Below are positions 19,807-28,692 of a DNA stretch of 64,000 bases, piece by piece. A model generated the notes under the pieces. It had not been told where the DNA came from. It ran no database searches and saw nothing but the letters and a program-made list of their open reading frames with translations. This DNA comes from Polyangiales bacterium (GTDB lineage Bacteria > Myxococcota_A > Polyangia > Polyangiales > Ga0077539). The DNA is taken from NCBI GenBank assembly GCA_044229975.1, contig JBGARZ010000010.1, positions 256,001 to 320,000 on the forward strand, read 5' to 3'. Every line of letters begins with the position of its first letter. Positions within the stretch are counted from its first letter, which is position 1. The translations under genes and the position numbers were made by a program.

Positions 19807-20708
19807 GCCGCGGCGGGGTCGACCTCGCGCGCGCGGGGTGGCCGGCGCGCCTCGGGCTCGTCGCCTCCCTCGCGGCCTCCCTCGCGGTGCTCGCGACGGG
19901 CGTGGGCGTCGAGCTGCGGTGCGACGCCGACCGCTGCCGCGTCGCCTCGGGCTCGCTGCTCTCGTCGCCGGTTGCCTTCACCTTCCGGCGCGACGAGGTC
20001 GCGGCGATTCGTGACGTCGGCAGCGTCACGCGCACCCGGCCGAACTCTCGCGTGGCGTGCTCGCTGCCGCTCGTCGTCGCGCCCGGCGGCACCGAGCGGG
20101 CCCTCTATCCCCGCGAGGTCTGCCCCCTCTACGCCACCGTCGACCTCGTCGCGCTGCGCCAGTGGGTCGCCGGGGTTCGTCCCGAGCTCGCCGCCTTCGA
20201 CTGGATCGTCGGCCTGCACCCCGGTGTCCTGCTGGGGTTGCTGCTCTCCGCCGCGTGGATCGCGGGGCTCCTCCTCGGGCGCGAGCGCATCGTCGTCGAC
20301 CCCGATGGCACCCTCACGGTCCGCCGCGGGGGCTTCGTCTCCCGCGCCCGCTACACGCTGCGCCCCGACGTGCTCGCCTGCTCGGTCGGCGTGAAGCTCC
20401 ACGCCGCCACCGACGCGCCCGTCGCCTCGCCCGTCCCGCTCCCCTCGGGTCACCTCTACGTCGAGACCCGCGACGGTCGGTGGCACCTGGTGACGGCCCA
20501 TCGCGCGACCGCCGAGCGGGTGTTCGCCGCCCTCGCCGCGCTCGGCCTCCCGCACCGGGTCTACGGGGACGGCGCCGTGACCCGCCGCGCGGCGGGCGTC
20601 CTCGGTCGCGGCCTCGCGGGCGCTGCCGTGTGGTCGACGCTCCTGGGCGCGCTTGTCGCCGTCGCGGTGCGCGCCCTCTTCGAGCAGGCGGTGCCGCCGC
20701 TGCCCTGA
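19803..20708 (+). CDS. hypothetical membrane protein
   Basis: ATG overlaps the LCCL stop (ATGA); three hydrophobic segments. Confidence 0.6.
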   Translation: MSRGGVDLARAGWPARLGLVASLAASLAVLATGVGVELRCDADRCRVASGSLLSSPVAFTFRRDEVAAIRDVGSVTRTRPNSRVACSLPLVVAPGGTERALYPREVCPLYATVDLVALRQWVAGVRPELAAFDWIVGLHPGVLLGLLLSAAWIAGLLLGRERIVVDPDGTLTVRRGGFVSRARYTLRPDVLACSVGVKLHAATDAPVASPVPLPSGHLYVETRDGRWHLVTAHRATAERVFAALAALGLPHRVYGDGAVTRRAAGVLGRGLAGAAVWSTLLGALVAVAVRALFEQAVPPLP

Positions 20709-20782
20709 CCTGCACCGCGCCGGCGGCCGCCATTGACACCGTTCCCTGCGGGGATTGATCGTCGGCCCATCCCGCCAACGCG

Positions 20783-22522
20783 ATGCGCGCCCGGACGCCC
20801 ACCAACGAGACCGAACGCCTCGCCGCCCTCCTGGGCTGCGCCATCCTCGACACGCCCCCGGAGCCGTCCTTCGACGACATCGCCCGGCTCGCGGGGCAGC
20901 TCTGCGACACGCCCGTCGCCCTGGTCTCCCTCGTCGCCGACGATCGCCAGTGGTTCAAGGCGCGCGTGGGCCTCGAGCTCGCGGAGACCTCGCGCGACGT
21001 GTCGTTCTGCGCGCACGCCATCCACTCGCCGGAGATGCTCGTGGTGCGCGACACCCGCGAGGACGAGCGCTTCGCCGACAACCCCTTCGTCACCGGCGAA
21101 GACAGCATCCGCTTCTACGCCGGCGTCCCCCTCGTCATCGAGCCCGACGTCGCCGTCGGAACCCTCTGCGTCATCGACTACGTCCCGCGCGACCTCACGC
21201 CCGTGCAGATCGACGCCCTCGCGGCGCTCGCGCGGCAGGTGTCCTCCGAGCTCAAGCTGCGTCGCACGCTCGCCAAGATGCGCCCGCAGGGTGTCCCCAC
21301 CGAAGCACCGGGCGGGCACCGCGCGGTCGAGGGGCGGGTCGTCGACGGGCGCTACCGCATCGAGCGGGTGCTCGGCGTGGGCGGCATGGGCATCGTCGTG
21401 GCGGCACACGACGAGACCCTCCACGAGCGGGTGGCGATCAAGTTCCTGGTGTCGGAGGCGAGGGGCGAGCCCGAGGCGCAGGAGCGCTTCGTGCGTGAAG
21501 CGAAGGCCGTGCTGAAGGTCGGCGGCGAGCACGTGGCGCGGGTGCTCGACGTGGGCAACCTGGGCAACGGCGCGCCCTACATCGTCATGGAGCACCTCGA
21601 CGGCGAAGACCTCGAACGCCGCCTCGAACGCTACGGCGCGCTCACCGCGCAGGAGGCCATCGCCTACGTGCTCCAGGCGTGCACCGCCGTCGGCCGCGCG
21701 CACGAGGTCGGCATCGTCCACCGCGACCTGAAGCCCGCCAACCTCTTCCTCACCGAGCGCGCCGACGGCAGCGCCCTCATCAAGGTGCTCGACTTCGGCG
21801 TGTCGAAATTCTCGCGCTCCTCGGCGCTGGTCGAGGACATCAGCCTCACGCAGGGCACGGCGCTGCTCGGGTCGCCTTGTTACATGTCGCCCGAGCAGAT
21901 GCGCGGCGTCGGCAGCATCGACGGGCGGGCCGACGTCTGGGCCTTCGGGGTGATTTTGTATGAGCTGGTCACCTGCACGCTGCCCTTCGAGGGGCGCACG
22001 TTCATCGACCTCTGCAACGCCGTGCTCTCCGCCGCGCCGCGCCCCATCCGCTCGCGCCGCGCGACCATCCCGCAGGGCCTCGACGCCGTCATCGAGCGCT
22101 GCCTCGCGAAAGACCGCGCCGCCCGCTACCCCTCCATCGACGCCCTCGTCGTCGCGCTGACGCCCCTCGTCGACCCCTCCGCGCCCGTCGAACCCTTGTC
22201 GCTCGAACCCACGCCGCCCGATCCCGTCCGCTTCGCCGTGGTCACCGACGAGGCCGCCGCGCCCGCGTTGCTCCCACCGTCTCCCATCTCGCTCCCCGTC
22301 GTCGCTGACGAGGCCGACGCGGACGAGGTCCTCCCGCCCGATCCCATGGCCCCCGCCGTGGCGTCGGAGGAGTCCGACGTCGCCGCGTCGCTCCCGCCGC
22401 TGCCGCTGGTGAGCTCGCCGCGTCAGCCGCTCTGGCACACGTGGTTCGCGGCGCTGGCGCTGCTGGCGCTGCTCGTCACCGTGGTGCTCATCATGGCGGG
22501 CACCGTACGCGTCGGACGCTAG
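20783..22522 (+). CDS. GAF-domain Ser/Thr protein kinase with C-terminal TM helix
   Basis: ETERLAAL..ILDTPPEPSFDDI, SFCAHAI, RFADNPFV, IRFYAGVPL (GAF); LGVGGMG, VAIK, HRDLKPANLF, DFG, YMSPEQ. Confidence 0.93.
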   Translation: MRARTPTNETERLAALLGCAILDTPPEPSFDDIARLAGQLCDTPVALVSLVADDRQWFKARVGLELAETSRDVSFCAHAIHSPEMLVVRDTREDERFADNPFVTGEDSIRFYAGVPLVIEPDVAVGTLCVIDYVPRDLTPVQIDALAALARQVSSELKLRRTLAKMRPQGVPTEAPGGHRAVEGRVVDGRYRIERVLGVGGMGIVVAAHDETLHERVAIKFLVSEARGEPEAQERFVREAKAVLKVGGEHVARVLDVGNLGNGAPYIVMEHLDGEDLERRLERYGALTAQEAIAYVLQACTAVGRAHEVGIVHRDLKPANLFLTERADGSALIKVLDFGVSKFSRSSALVEDISLTQGTALLGSPCYMSPEQMRGVGSIDGRADVWAFGVILYELVTCTLPFEGRTFIDLCNAVLSAAPRPIRSRRATIPQGLDAVIERCLAKDRAARYPSIDALVVALTPLVDPSAPVEPLSLEPTPPDPVRFAVVTDEAAAPALLPPSPISLPVVADEADADEVLPPDPMAPAVASEESDVAASLPPLPLVSSPRQPLWHTWFAALALLALLVTVVLIMAGTVRVGR

Positions 22523-22555
22523 TCCTCGCGGGCCGCGTGCCCTATGAGAGTCGCG

Positions 22556-25285
22556 ATGAGCGACCCCTTCGACTCCTTGCGACGCGACGTGGACTACCTC
22601 GGGCACATCCTCGGCGACACGCTCGTCGAGCAGGCGGGCCCCGCGCTTCTCACCGTCGTCGAAGAGGTGCGCGCGCTCGCCAAGGCCCGCCGCGCGTCGC
22701 CCCGTCGCGAGGCCGCGGCGCCCCTGCGCGAGAAGATCGCCGCCCTCGACCTGCCCGCCGCCGAGCGCGTGGTGCGCGCCTTCGCCCACTACTTCCAGCT
22801 CGTCAACCTCGCCGAGCAGCACCACCGCGTGCGCCGCCGTCGGCAGTACGCCCGCGCCGGTGAGCCGCAGCCCGGCTCCCTCGTCGAGACGCTCCGCGGG
22901 TCCCGCGCGTCGACCCCGCAGCCCGCGATGGAGGCGCTGCTCGCGCGCGCGTCGCTGGAGCTCGTCTTCACCGCGCACCCCACCGAGGCCCAGCGCCGGA
23001 CGGTGCTGGAGAAGCACCGGCGCATCGACGCCGCGCTCGCGCAGCGCGACCTCACCGATCGGCTCACCGCCCGCGAGGCGCAGGAGGTCGACGAGGCCAT
23101 CCGCGAGGAGGTCACCGGCCTGTGGCAGACCGACGAGATCCGCCACGAGCGCCCCCGCGTCGGCGACGAGGTGAAGAACACCCTCTTCTACCTCGAAGAA
23201 GTCCTGCACCCGCTCGTCCCACGCTTCTACTCCGCGCTGGAGGAGAGCCTCGCGGCGGAGTACGGAGCGCCCCTGCGCGTCCCGCCCTTCGTCCGCTTCG
23301 GATCGTGGGTGGGCGCCGACATGGACGGCAACCCCAACGTCACGCCCGACGTCGTCGTCGATACGGCGCTCGGTCAGGGCGCTCGTGTCCTCGCCCTGCA
23401 CGCTCGCGAGATCACCCGCCTCGGCGAGACCCTCTCGCAGAGCACCCGCGCGGTGCCCGCGTCGCCCGAGCTCGACGCCTCCATCGCCGCCGACGAACAC
23501 CGCCTCCCCGCGCTCGCCCGCGAGCTTCGTGCCCGCGCCACCCACGAGCCCTACCGCCGCAAGCTCGCCTTCATGGGCGCTCGCATCGACGCCACCCGCG
23601 ACACGCTCCTGCGCGCCCGCCGCGAGGGCCGGACGATGTCCGCGCCCGACTGGGACATCGGGTACGCGAGCCCCGACGAGCTCGCCGCCGACCTCGCGGT
23701 GATCGCACGCTCTCTCGCCGACAACCGCGGCCAGCGCGCCGGGATGCGACTGGTGCAGGGCGTTCGTCGCCAGGTGGAGGTGTTCGGGTTTCACCTCGCG
23801 CGGCTCGACGTGCGGGTGCCCGCCGCGTGGGTGCGCGAGGCCGCCCGCTCGGCGCTCTGGCTCGACGACGCCGCCGCGCTCGACGAGGCGCAACTCTCCC
23901 GCGCGCTCGACAGCAGGCGAGTGCCCGCTCGCCCCGACCTCGACGGGATGCGCGCGATGGAGGCCGTCGGTCGCGTCCGCGCGCTGGTGGGCGACGGGGG
24001 AGCGGGTTCGTTCATCATGAGCATGGCGCGGGGTCGCGACGACATGCTCGCGGCGCTGGTGCTCGCGCGCGTCGCGGGGCTCTACCGACCCGACGAGGGC
24101 GTCGCGGCGGTGTCGGTGGTTCCGCTCTTCGAGACGCTCGACGACCTCGATCGCTCCGCCGACGAGCTGCGCGCCGCGGTCACGCACCCGGCGTATGTGC
24201 GCTACCTCGCGCTGCGCGGCGGCGTGCAGGAGGTGATGATCGGCTACTCGGACTCCAACAAGGACGCCGGGATGCTCACCGCGTCGTTCGCGCTCTACCG
24301 CGCGCAGCAACGACTGACGGCGGTGGCGCGCGAGCACGGCGTCGCGCTCCAGATCTTCCACGGGCGCGGCGGCTCCATCGGTCGCGGTGGTGGTCCCGCG
24401 CAGCGCGCGGTGGAGAGCCTGCCGGCCGGGGCCGTCGATGGGCGCTTCAAGCTCACCGAGCAGGGCGAGGTCATCGGGTGGAAGTACCTCCTGCCCGAGA
24501 TCGCCGAGCGCAACCTGGAGCTCATCACCGGCGGTGTGCTCCGCGCCTCCATGGTCTCGCATGACGATGACGCCGACGCGCTCGCCGCCGACGAACGCCG
24601 CTTCGGAGCCGTCGCCGACGCCGCGCTCGTCGCCTACCGCGAGCTGGTGCGCGACCCGGGGTTCATCCCCTTCTTCGAGTCGGTGACGCCGCTCTCCGAG
24701 CTCAGCGCGATGCCCATCGGGTCACGCCCCGCGCGCCGCACGACCTCGACGCGCCTGGAGGACCTCCGCGCGATCCCATGGGTGTTCGCGTGGACGCAGT
24801 GCCGGCTCAACCTCCCCGGCTGGTACGGCGCGGGCGCGGGGCTCGCGGCGCTCCTGCGCGAGACCGGCGTGGACGAGGCGCGTCGCATGCGGGCGCGGTG
24901 GCCCTTCTTCGCGTCGACGCTCGACGCGATCGCGGTGGCCCTCGCGACGGCCGACCTGGGCATCGCGTCGCAGTACCTGTCGCTGCATCCCGACCCCGCG
25001 GCGGCGCGTCGGTTGTTCGTCCGCATCGCCCTCGATCACGGCCGTGCGGTGCGGGCGATTCGCGCCATCTACGGGCAGGCGACGCTGCTCGCGCACAACC
25101 CGACGCTCGCGCGCTCCATCGAGCTGCGCAACCCGTACGTCGACCCGCTGAGCTTCCTCCAGGTGGAGCTGCTGCGGCGCAAGCGGGCGCTCGAAGCGCG
25201 CGGCGAGCCGGTGCCGGGCGACCTGACGCGGGCCATCTTGCTGACGATCAACGGCGTCGCGGCGGGTCTGCGCAACACTGGCTGA
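22556..25285 (+). CDS. ppc: phosphoenolpyruvate carboxylase
   Basis: VFTAHPTE, QEVMIGYSDSNKDAG, FHGRGGSIGRGGGP, LRAIPWVFAWTQ, LRNPYVDPL, C-terminal GLRNTG. Confidence 0.97.
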   Translation: MSDPFDSLRRDVDYLGHILGDTLVEQAGPALLTVVEEVRALAKARRASPRREAAAPLREKIAALDLPAAERVVRAFAHYFQLVNLAEQHHRVRRRRQYARAGEPQPGSLVETLRGSRASTPQPAMEALLARASLELVFTAHPTEAQRRTVLEKHRRIDAALAQRDLTDRLTAREAQEVDEAIREEVTGLWQTDEIRHERPRVGDEVKNTLFYLEEVLHPLVPRFYSALEESLAAEYGAPLRVPPFVRFGSWVGADMDGNPNVTPDVVVDTALGQGARVLALHAREITRLGETLSQSTRAVPASPELDASIAADEHRLPALARELRARATHEPYRRKLAFMGARIDATRDTLLRARREGRTMSAPDWDIGYASPDELAADLAVIARSLADNRGQRAGMRLVQGVRRQVEVFGFHLARLDVRVPAAWVREAARSALWLDDAAALDEAQLSRALDSRRVPARPDLDGMRAMEAVGRVRALVGDGGAGSFIMSMARGRDDMLAALVLARVAGLYRPDEGVAAVSVVPLFETLDDLDRSADELRAAVTHPAYVRYLALRGGVQEVMIGYSDSNKDAGMLTASFALYRAQQRLTAVAREHGVALQIFHGRGGSIGRGGGPAQRAVESLPAGAVDGRFKLTEQGEVIGWKYLLPEIAERNLELITGGVLRASMVSHDDDADALAADERRFGAVADAALVAYRELVRDPGFIPFFESVTPLSELSAMPIGSRPARRTTSTRLEDLRAIPWVFAWTQCRLNLPGWYGAGAGLAALLRETGVDEARRMRARWPFFASTLDAIAVALATADLGIASQYLSLHPDPAAARRLFVRIALDHGRAVRAIRAIYGQATLLAHNPTLARSIELRNPYVDPLSFLQVELLRRKRALEARGEPVPGDLTRAILLTINGVAAGLRNTG

Positions 25286-25288
25286 GCC

Positions 25289-25819
25289 TCACCGCCGCCG
25301 CCCGAGCGCCACCTGCGAGAAGAACTGCCCGCGCCCTTCACAGTCGTCACCGAGTCGGTCGAAGCGCAGCGTGGTGCAGTCGGTGGTGAAGTTGATGGTG
25401 TACTGGCCGCGGTCGATCATCGCGCAGCCGGAGCTTGAGCTGGTGTTGGGGTTCCTCTCATCGGTCAGGACGAGGTTGCTGCCGGTGAGGGCGTAGTTCC
25501 CTTCGACGATGGGCGTGGTGAGCCCCTCCTCGGTCTGCGAGCCGCGCCAGAGGCCGCCCGCCGTGAACTCGAACCACAGCGCGTTGCTCTCGATGCTGCC
25601 GGTGTACCGACCGACGAGGGGACAGGTCGTCGGCATGGTGCTCGGGACGTCGGGCGTTGTCATGGGTCGATCGGGCAGGCTGACAGGGACGTCGGTCGTA
25701 ACGGAGGCATCGACGGGTTGGCCGACGACGGCCGTAGCGCCGCAGCCGACCGTGCCGAGGACGCCCAGGGTGACGCAAAGGAGATACGAAGAAAGCACGG
25801 TGCGAGGGTGGGTCGTCAT
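25289..25819 (-). CDS. small hypothetical lipoprotein
   Basis: Lipobox TVGC, Thr/Pro/Asp linker, small beta-rich domain with four Cys. Confidence 0.65.
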   Translation of the reverse strand: MTTHPRTVLSSYLLCVTLGVLGTVGCGATAVVGQPVDASVTTDVPVSLPDRPMTTPDVPSTMPTTCPLVGRYTGSIESNALWFEFTAGGLWRGSQTEEGLTTPIVEGNYALTGSNLVLTDERNPNTSSSSGCAMIDRGQYTINFTTDCTTLRFDRLGDDCEGRGQFFSQVALGRRR

Positions 25820-25893
25820 GGTGCGGCGCACGGTGCCAGCGGTGTGCCGAGGAGGCCAGTCGCCGCGGCACGCTGCGTGCGACGCTCGCGCCC

Positions 25894-26868
25894 ATGAACA
25901 CGAACATCTCTCGGGCGCGCTGGCAGGCAGCGCTCACGGCGGCGCTCATGGCCGCGGGCTGCGGGTCGGGGACCAACCTGAGCGAAGGCCCGGTGTGCAC
26001 CGTCCCTCCGTTGGTGGTGCCGTTCTTCTCGGGCACCGACGCCAGTGTCGGCGACGCGGGCGCCCTCGACTTCGACGCCTCCGTGCCCCGCGAGACCTGC
26101 CTCGTCCACTGCCCCGCCAACGCGCCCAACGTGAACAACTTCTCGTCCATCATCGAGAGCTGCCGCCCTGTCACCGTCGACGCCGGCGCGCGCATGGAGT
26201 GCCGCTACCAGCTCCTCTGCACCGGCGGTCGCGCGGGCGACGTGGTCGCACCTGCCCCCGTCGACGACTCGGCCGGGGCGCTGCTCGCGGCGATGGCGAC
26301 CATGGAGGCCGGGTCGGTGGGGGCGTTCGATCGCCTCGCGCGTGAGCTGCGGGCGCACCACGCGCCGGGTCCGCTGCACGCCGCCGCGCGCCGCGCGAAG
26401 CAGGAAGAGCGACGGCACGCCCGGATGATGAGCTCGCTCGCGCAGCGGTACGGAGCGCGCCCGGCAACGGCCCCGCGCCTCCGCCAGCGTGTGCGCGACC
26501 TCGAAGCCGTGGCCCGCGAAAACGCCGTGGAGGGATGCGTGCGCGAAGCATGGGGCGCCCTCGTGGCGAGCTGGCAGGCGCAGCGGGCGGGCGACCCGCG
26601 GGTGCGCGCGGCCATGGCGGTCATCGCGCGCGAAGAGGCGTCCCACGCGGCGCTCGCGTGGCGCGTCGCGGAGTGGTCGGAGGGGAAGCTCACGCCCGCC
26701 GCGAGGGAGCGCGTCGCGGAGGCCCGTCGTGCGGCCGTCGAAGCGCTCTGCGCCGAGGCGGCGGAAGCGACCGTGGATGAGTCCGTCGCGCGCTCGCTGG
26801 GCTGGCCTCGCGCGGCGGAGTCGCGGGCCATGCTCGCCTCGCTGCGCGCCACGGTCTGGAACGCGTAG
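25894..26868 (+). CDS. ferritin-like domain lipoprotein (myxobacterial type)
   Basis: Lipobox AAGC; MEAGSVGAF, EERRHA, ENAVEGCVRE, IAREEASHA (paired ExxH). Confidence 0.85.
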   Translation: MNTNISRARWQAALTAALMAAGCGSGTNLSEGPVCTVPPLVVPFFSGTDASVGDAGALDFDASVPRETCLVHCPANAPNVNNFSSIIESCRPVTVDAGARMECRYQLLCTGGRAGDVVAPAPVDDSAGALLAAMATMEAGSVGAFDRLARELRAHHAPGPLHAAARRAKQEERRHARMMSSLAQRYGARPATAPRLRQRVRDLEAVARENAVEGCVREAWGALVASWQAQRAGDPRVRAAMAVIAREEASHAALAWRVAEWSEGKLTPAARERVAEARRAAVEALCAEAAEATVDESVARSLGWPRAAESRAMLASLRATVWNA

Positions 26869-26917
26869 GCCCGAAGGCCCGCACGCGCTACGACGCGGGC
26901 CCAGCTATGCTCCGGCG

Positions 26918-28681
26918 ATGAGCGACGACGTCCTGCTGCACAGCCTCTCCCGCGCGTGGTCTCGCGCCCTGACCGTCGCGGGCTCGGACGACCTGCCGCG
27001 CGAGTACGTCAACGTGCTCCTGCCGCTGATGCCCGAGGTCGCCGCCGACCTGCTCCGCGCGCACCGCGGCAGCGACTTCGCCGAGGTGTTCCTCCTGCTC
27101 GATCACGCGCCGCTGCTCGGCCGCCACGCCCGCGACGTGCTCCTCGCGCGCGTCGCCGAGCTCCACCTGCCGCTGTCCCCCGTCGAGATCGTCGCGTCGG
27201 CCGCTCTCGGTGTGCCGCCCGACGAGCGCGGCCCCTTCCGCGAGCGCGCGCTCGCGTTGCTTGCCACCGAGACCCGGCCCGACGCCCGCCTAGGCGCGCT
27301 CCTCGCGTGGGCCGGCGCCGAGACCGCCGACGTCGCGCCGCGGCTCATCGCGGAGGCCTTCGCGCTGCTCCCGCTCCTCGCCCCCTTCGACGTGGCGCGG
27401 GTGGTGCGTCGGTTTGGCGCCGACCTCGACGCGACCTCTCGCGCCGCGCTGTTCGCCCACGTCGACTCCATGCTCGGCCCGGAGAGCGATCCCGATTTCA
27501 TCATGACCTGCTGTCCGATCGCGCCCGCCGATCGGCAGTTGGCCCTTGCGCAACAGGCCATCGAGCGCGCGGCTGCGCGCAAGGACGGGCGCTTCATCTC
27601 CACCGCGCTCGCCGCCGAAAAGTTCGTGGGCTTCGCGCCGCTGTCGTCGTGGTTCGAGCGGCACCTGCGCGAGCTCGACTCGCTGCGCGACCTCGACTTC
27701 CTGCTCCACAAGGTCGGCGATCGCCTGCCGCCTCCGCTGCTCGACCTCGCCGAGCAGCGCGCCCGCTCGATGCAGGAGGGCGCCGGCGACGAAGCCGAGA
27801 CGCTGGCCGCGCTGTCCCGCTGCCACGTCGCGCGCCGCGAGGCGCTGCTGGCCGAGCTGCGCCCGCTCGTCGCGCGCGTGGTGGGCGATCCCCTCGCGGG
27901 TCACACCATGCAGGCGGGCGAGTACTGCGAATACGAAAACCTCGACGTGCTGCGCGCCGCCGTGGCGATGTCGGTGAGCGCGGCCTTCGAGGGCGACGAG
28001 CGGCGGTCGCTGCAACGCCGCGCGCTGGCCATCGTCGAGCGCACCGAGTCCGGCTTCGAACAGCACCACGAGCTCGACGACCTGCCCTGGGACCAGCTCG
28101 GCGCCTGCCTCGACCCCACCCTCTACGCCGAGGCCGCGCGCGTCGCCCTCGCCCTCGGCCACCGCCCCTCGGCGCTGAAGGCCCTCGGACAACTGGTGTC
28201 GGCGCTCCCGGAGTCGGCGCAACACCTTGCTCTCCTCGGCATGGCCCGCCTCGCCGATGGGGCCGCGCCCGAGGGGCTGACGCGGGCGCTCGCGGCGCTC
28301 GACGCGGCGCAGTCGCTCCCGGCGCGCGCGAGCCGTGGAGCGAGCCTGGCCGAGCGGGACGCCGCCATCGCGGCGCTCGGCGCTGCGCGGGGCTGGTCAC
28401 CGCCGCTGCGGCACGAGCTGGCGGCCATCGCGTCGCGGTTGGAGGCAGTGTGCGGCGCCGATCGGGCCGAGTGGTCCGAGCGGGTCGCGGCGTACTTCGA
28501 CACGCAGCCCTGGGACGCCGAGCGGATGTTGACGGCGGTGGAGCTGTTCGCTCCGACGCTCGTCACCCTCGGCGGCGCGCGGCTCGCGCGAGAACTCTCC
28601 GCGCGGCTCGGCGAGCCGATCGCCCCGGCGGAGATCGCACGCCCGTGGACGCAGGCCGCCATCGGGGACTTCCAGGCGTAG
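26918..28681 (+). CDS. hypothetical alpha-helical repeat protein
   Basis: Start re-called at MSDDVLL; Leu/Ala-rich helical composition; no recognisable motif. Confidence 0.6.
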   Translation: MSDDVLLHSLSRAWSRALTVAGSDDLPREYVNVLLPLMPEVAADLLRAHRGSDFAEVFLLLDHAPLLGRHARDVLLARVAELHLPLSPVEIVASAALGVPPDERGPFRERALALLATETRPDARLGALLAWAGAETADVAPRLIAEAFALLPLLAPFDVARVVRRFGADLDATSRAALFAHVDSMLGPESDPDFIMTCCPIAPADRQLALAQQAIERAAARKDGRFISTALAAEKFVGFAPLSSWFERHLRELDSLRDLDFLLHKVGDRLPPPLLDLAEQRARSMQEGAGDEAETLAALSRCHVARREALLAELRPLVARVVGDPLAGHTMQAGEYCEYENLDVLRAAVAMSVSAAFEGDERRSLQRRALAIVERTESGFEQHHELDDLPWDQLGACLDPTLYAEAARVALALGHRPSALKALGQLVSALPESAQHLALLGMARLADGAAPEGLTRALAALDAAQSLPARASRGASLAERDAAIAALGAARGWSPPLRHELAAIASRLEAVCGADRAEWSERVAAYFDTQPWDAERMLTAVELFAPTLVTLGGARLARELSARLGEPIAPAEIARPWTQAAIGDFQA

Positions 28682-28692
28682 CGCTCGCCTCC

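Noticed and set aside
20561..24562. 1333-aa minus-strand ORF
   Set aside because: Antisense shadow of the GAF kinase and ppc; stop-poor frames are expected at this GC content
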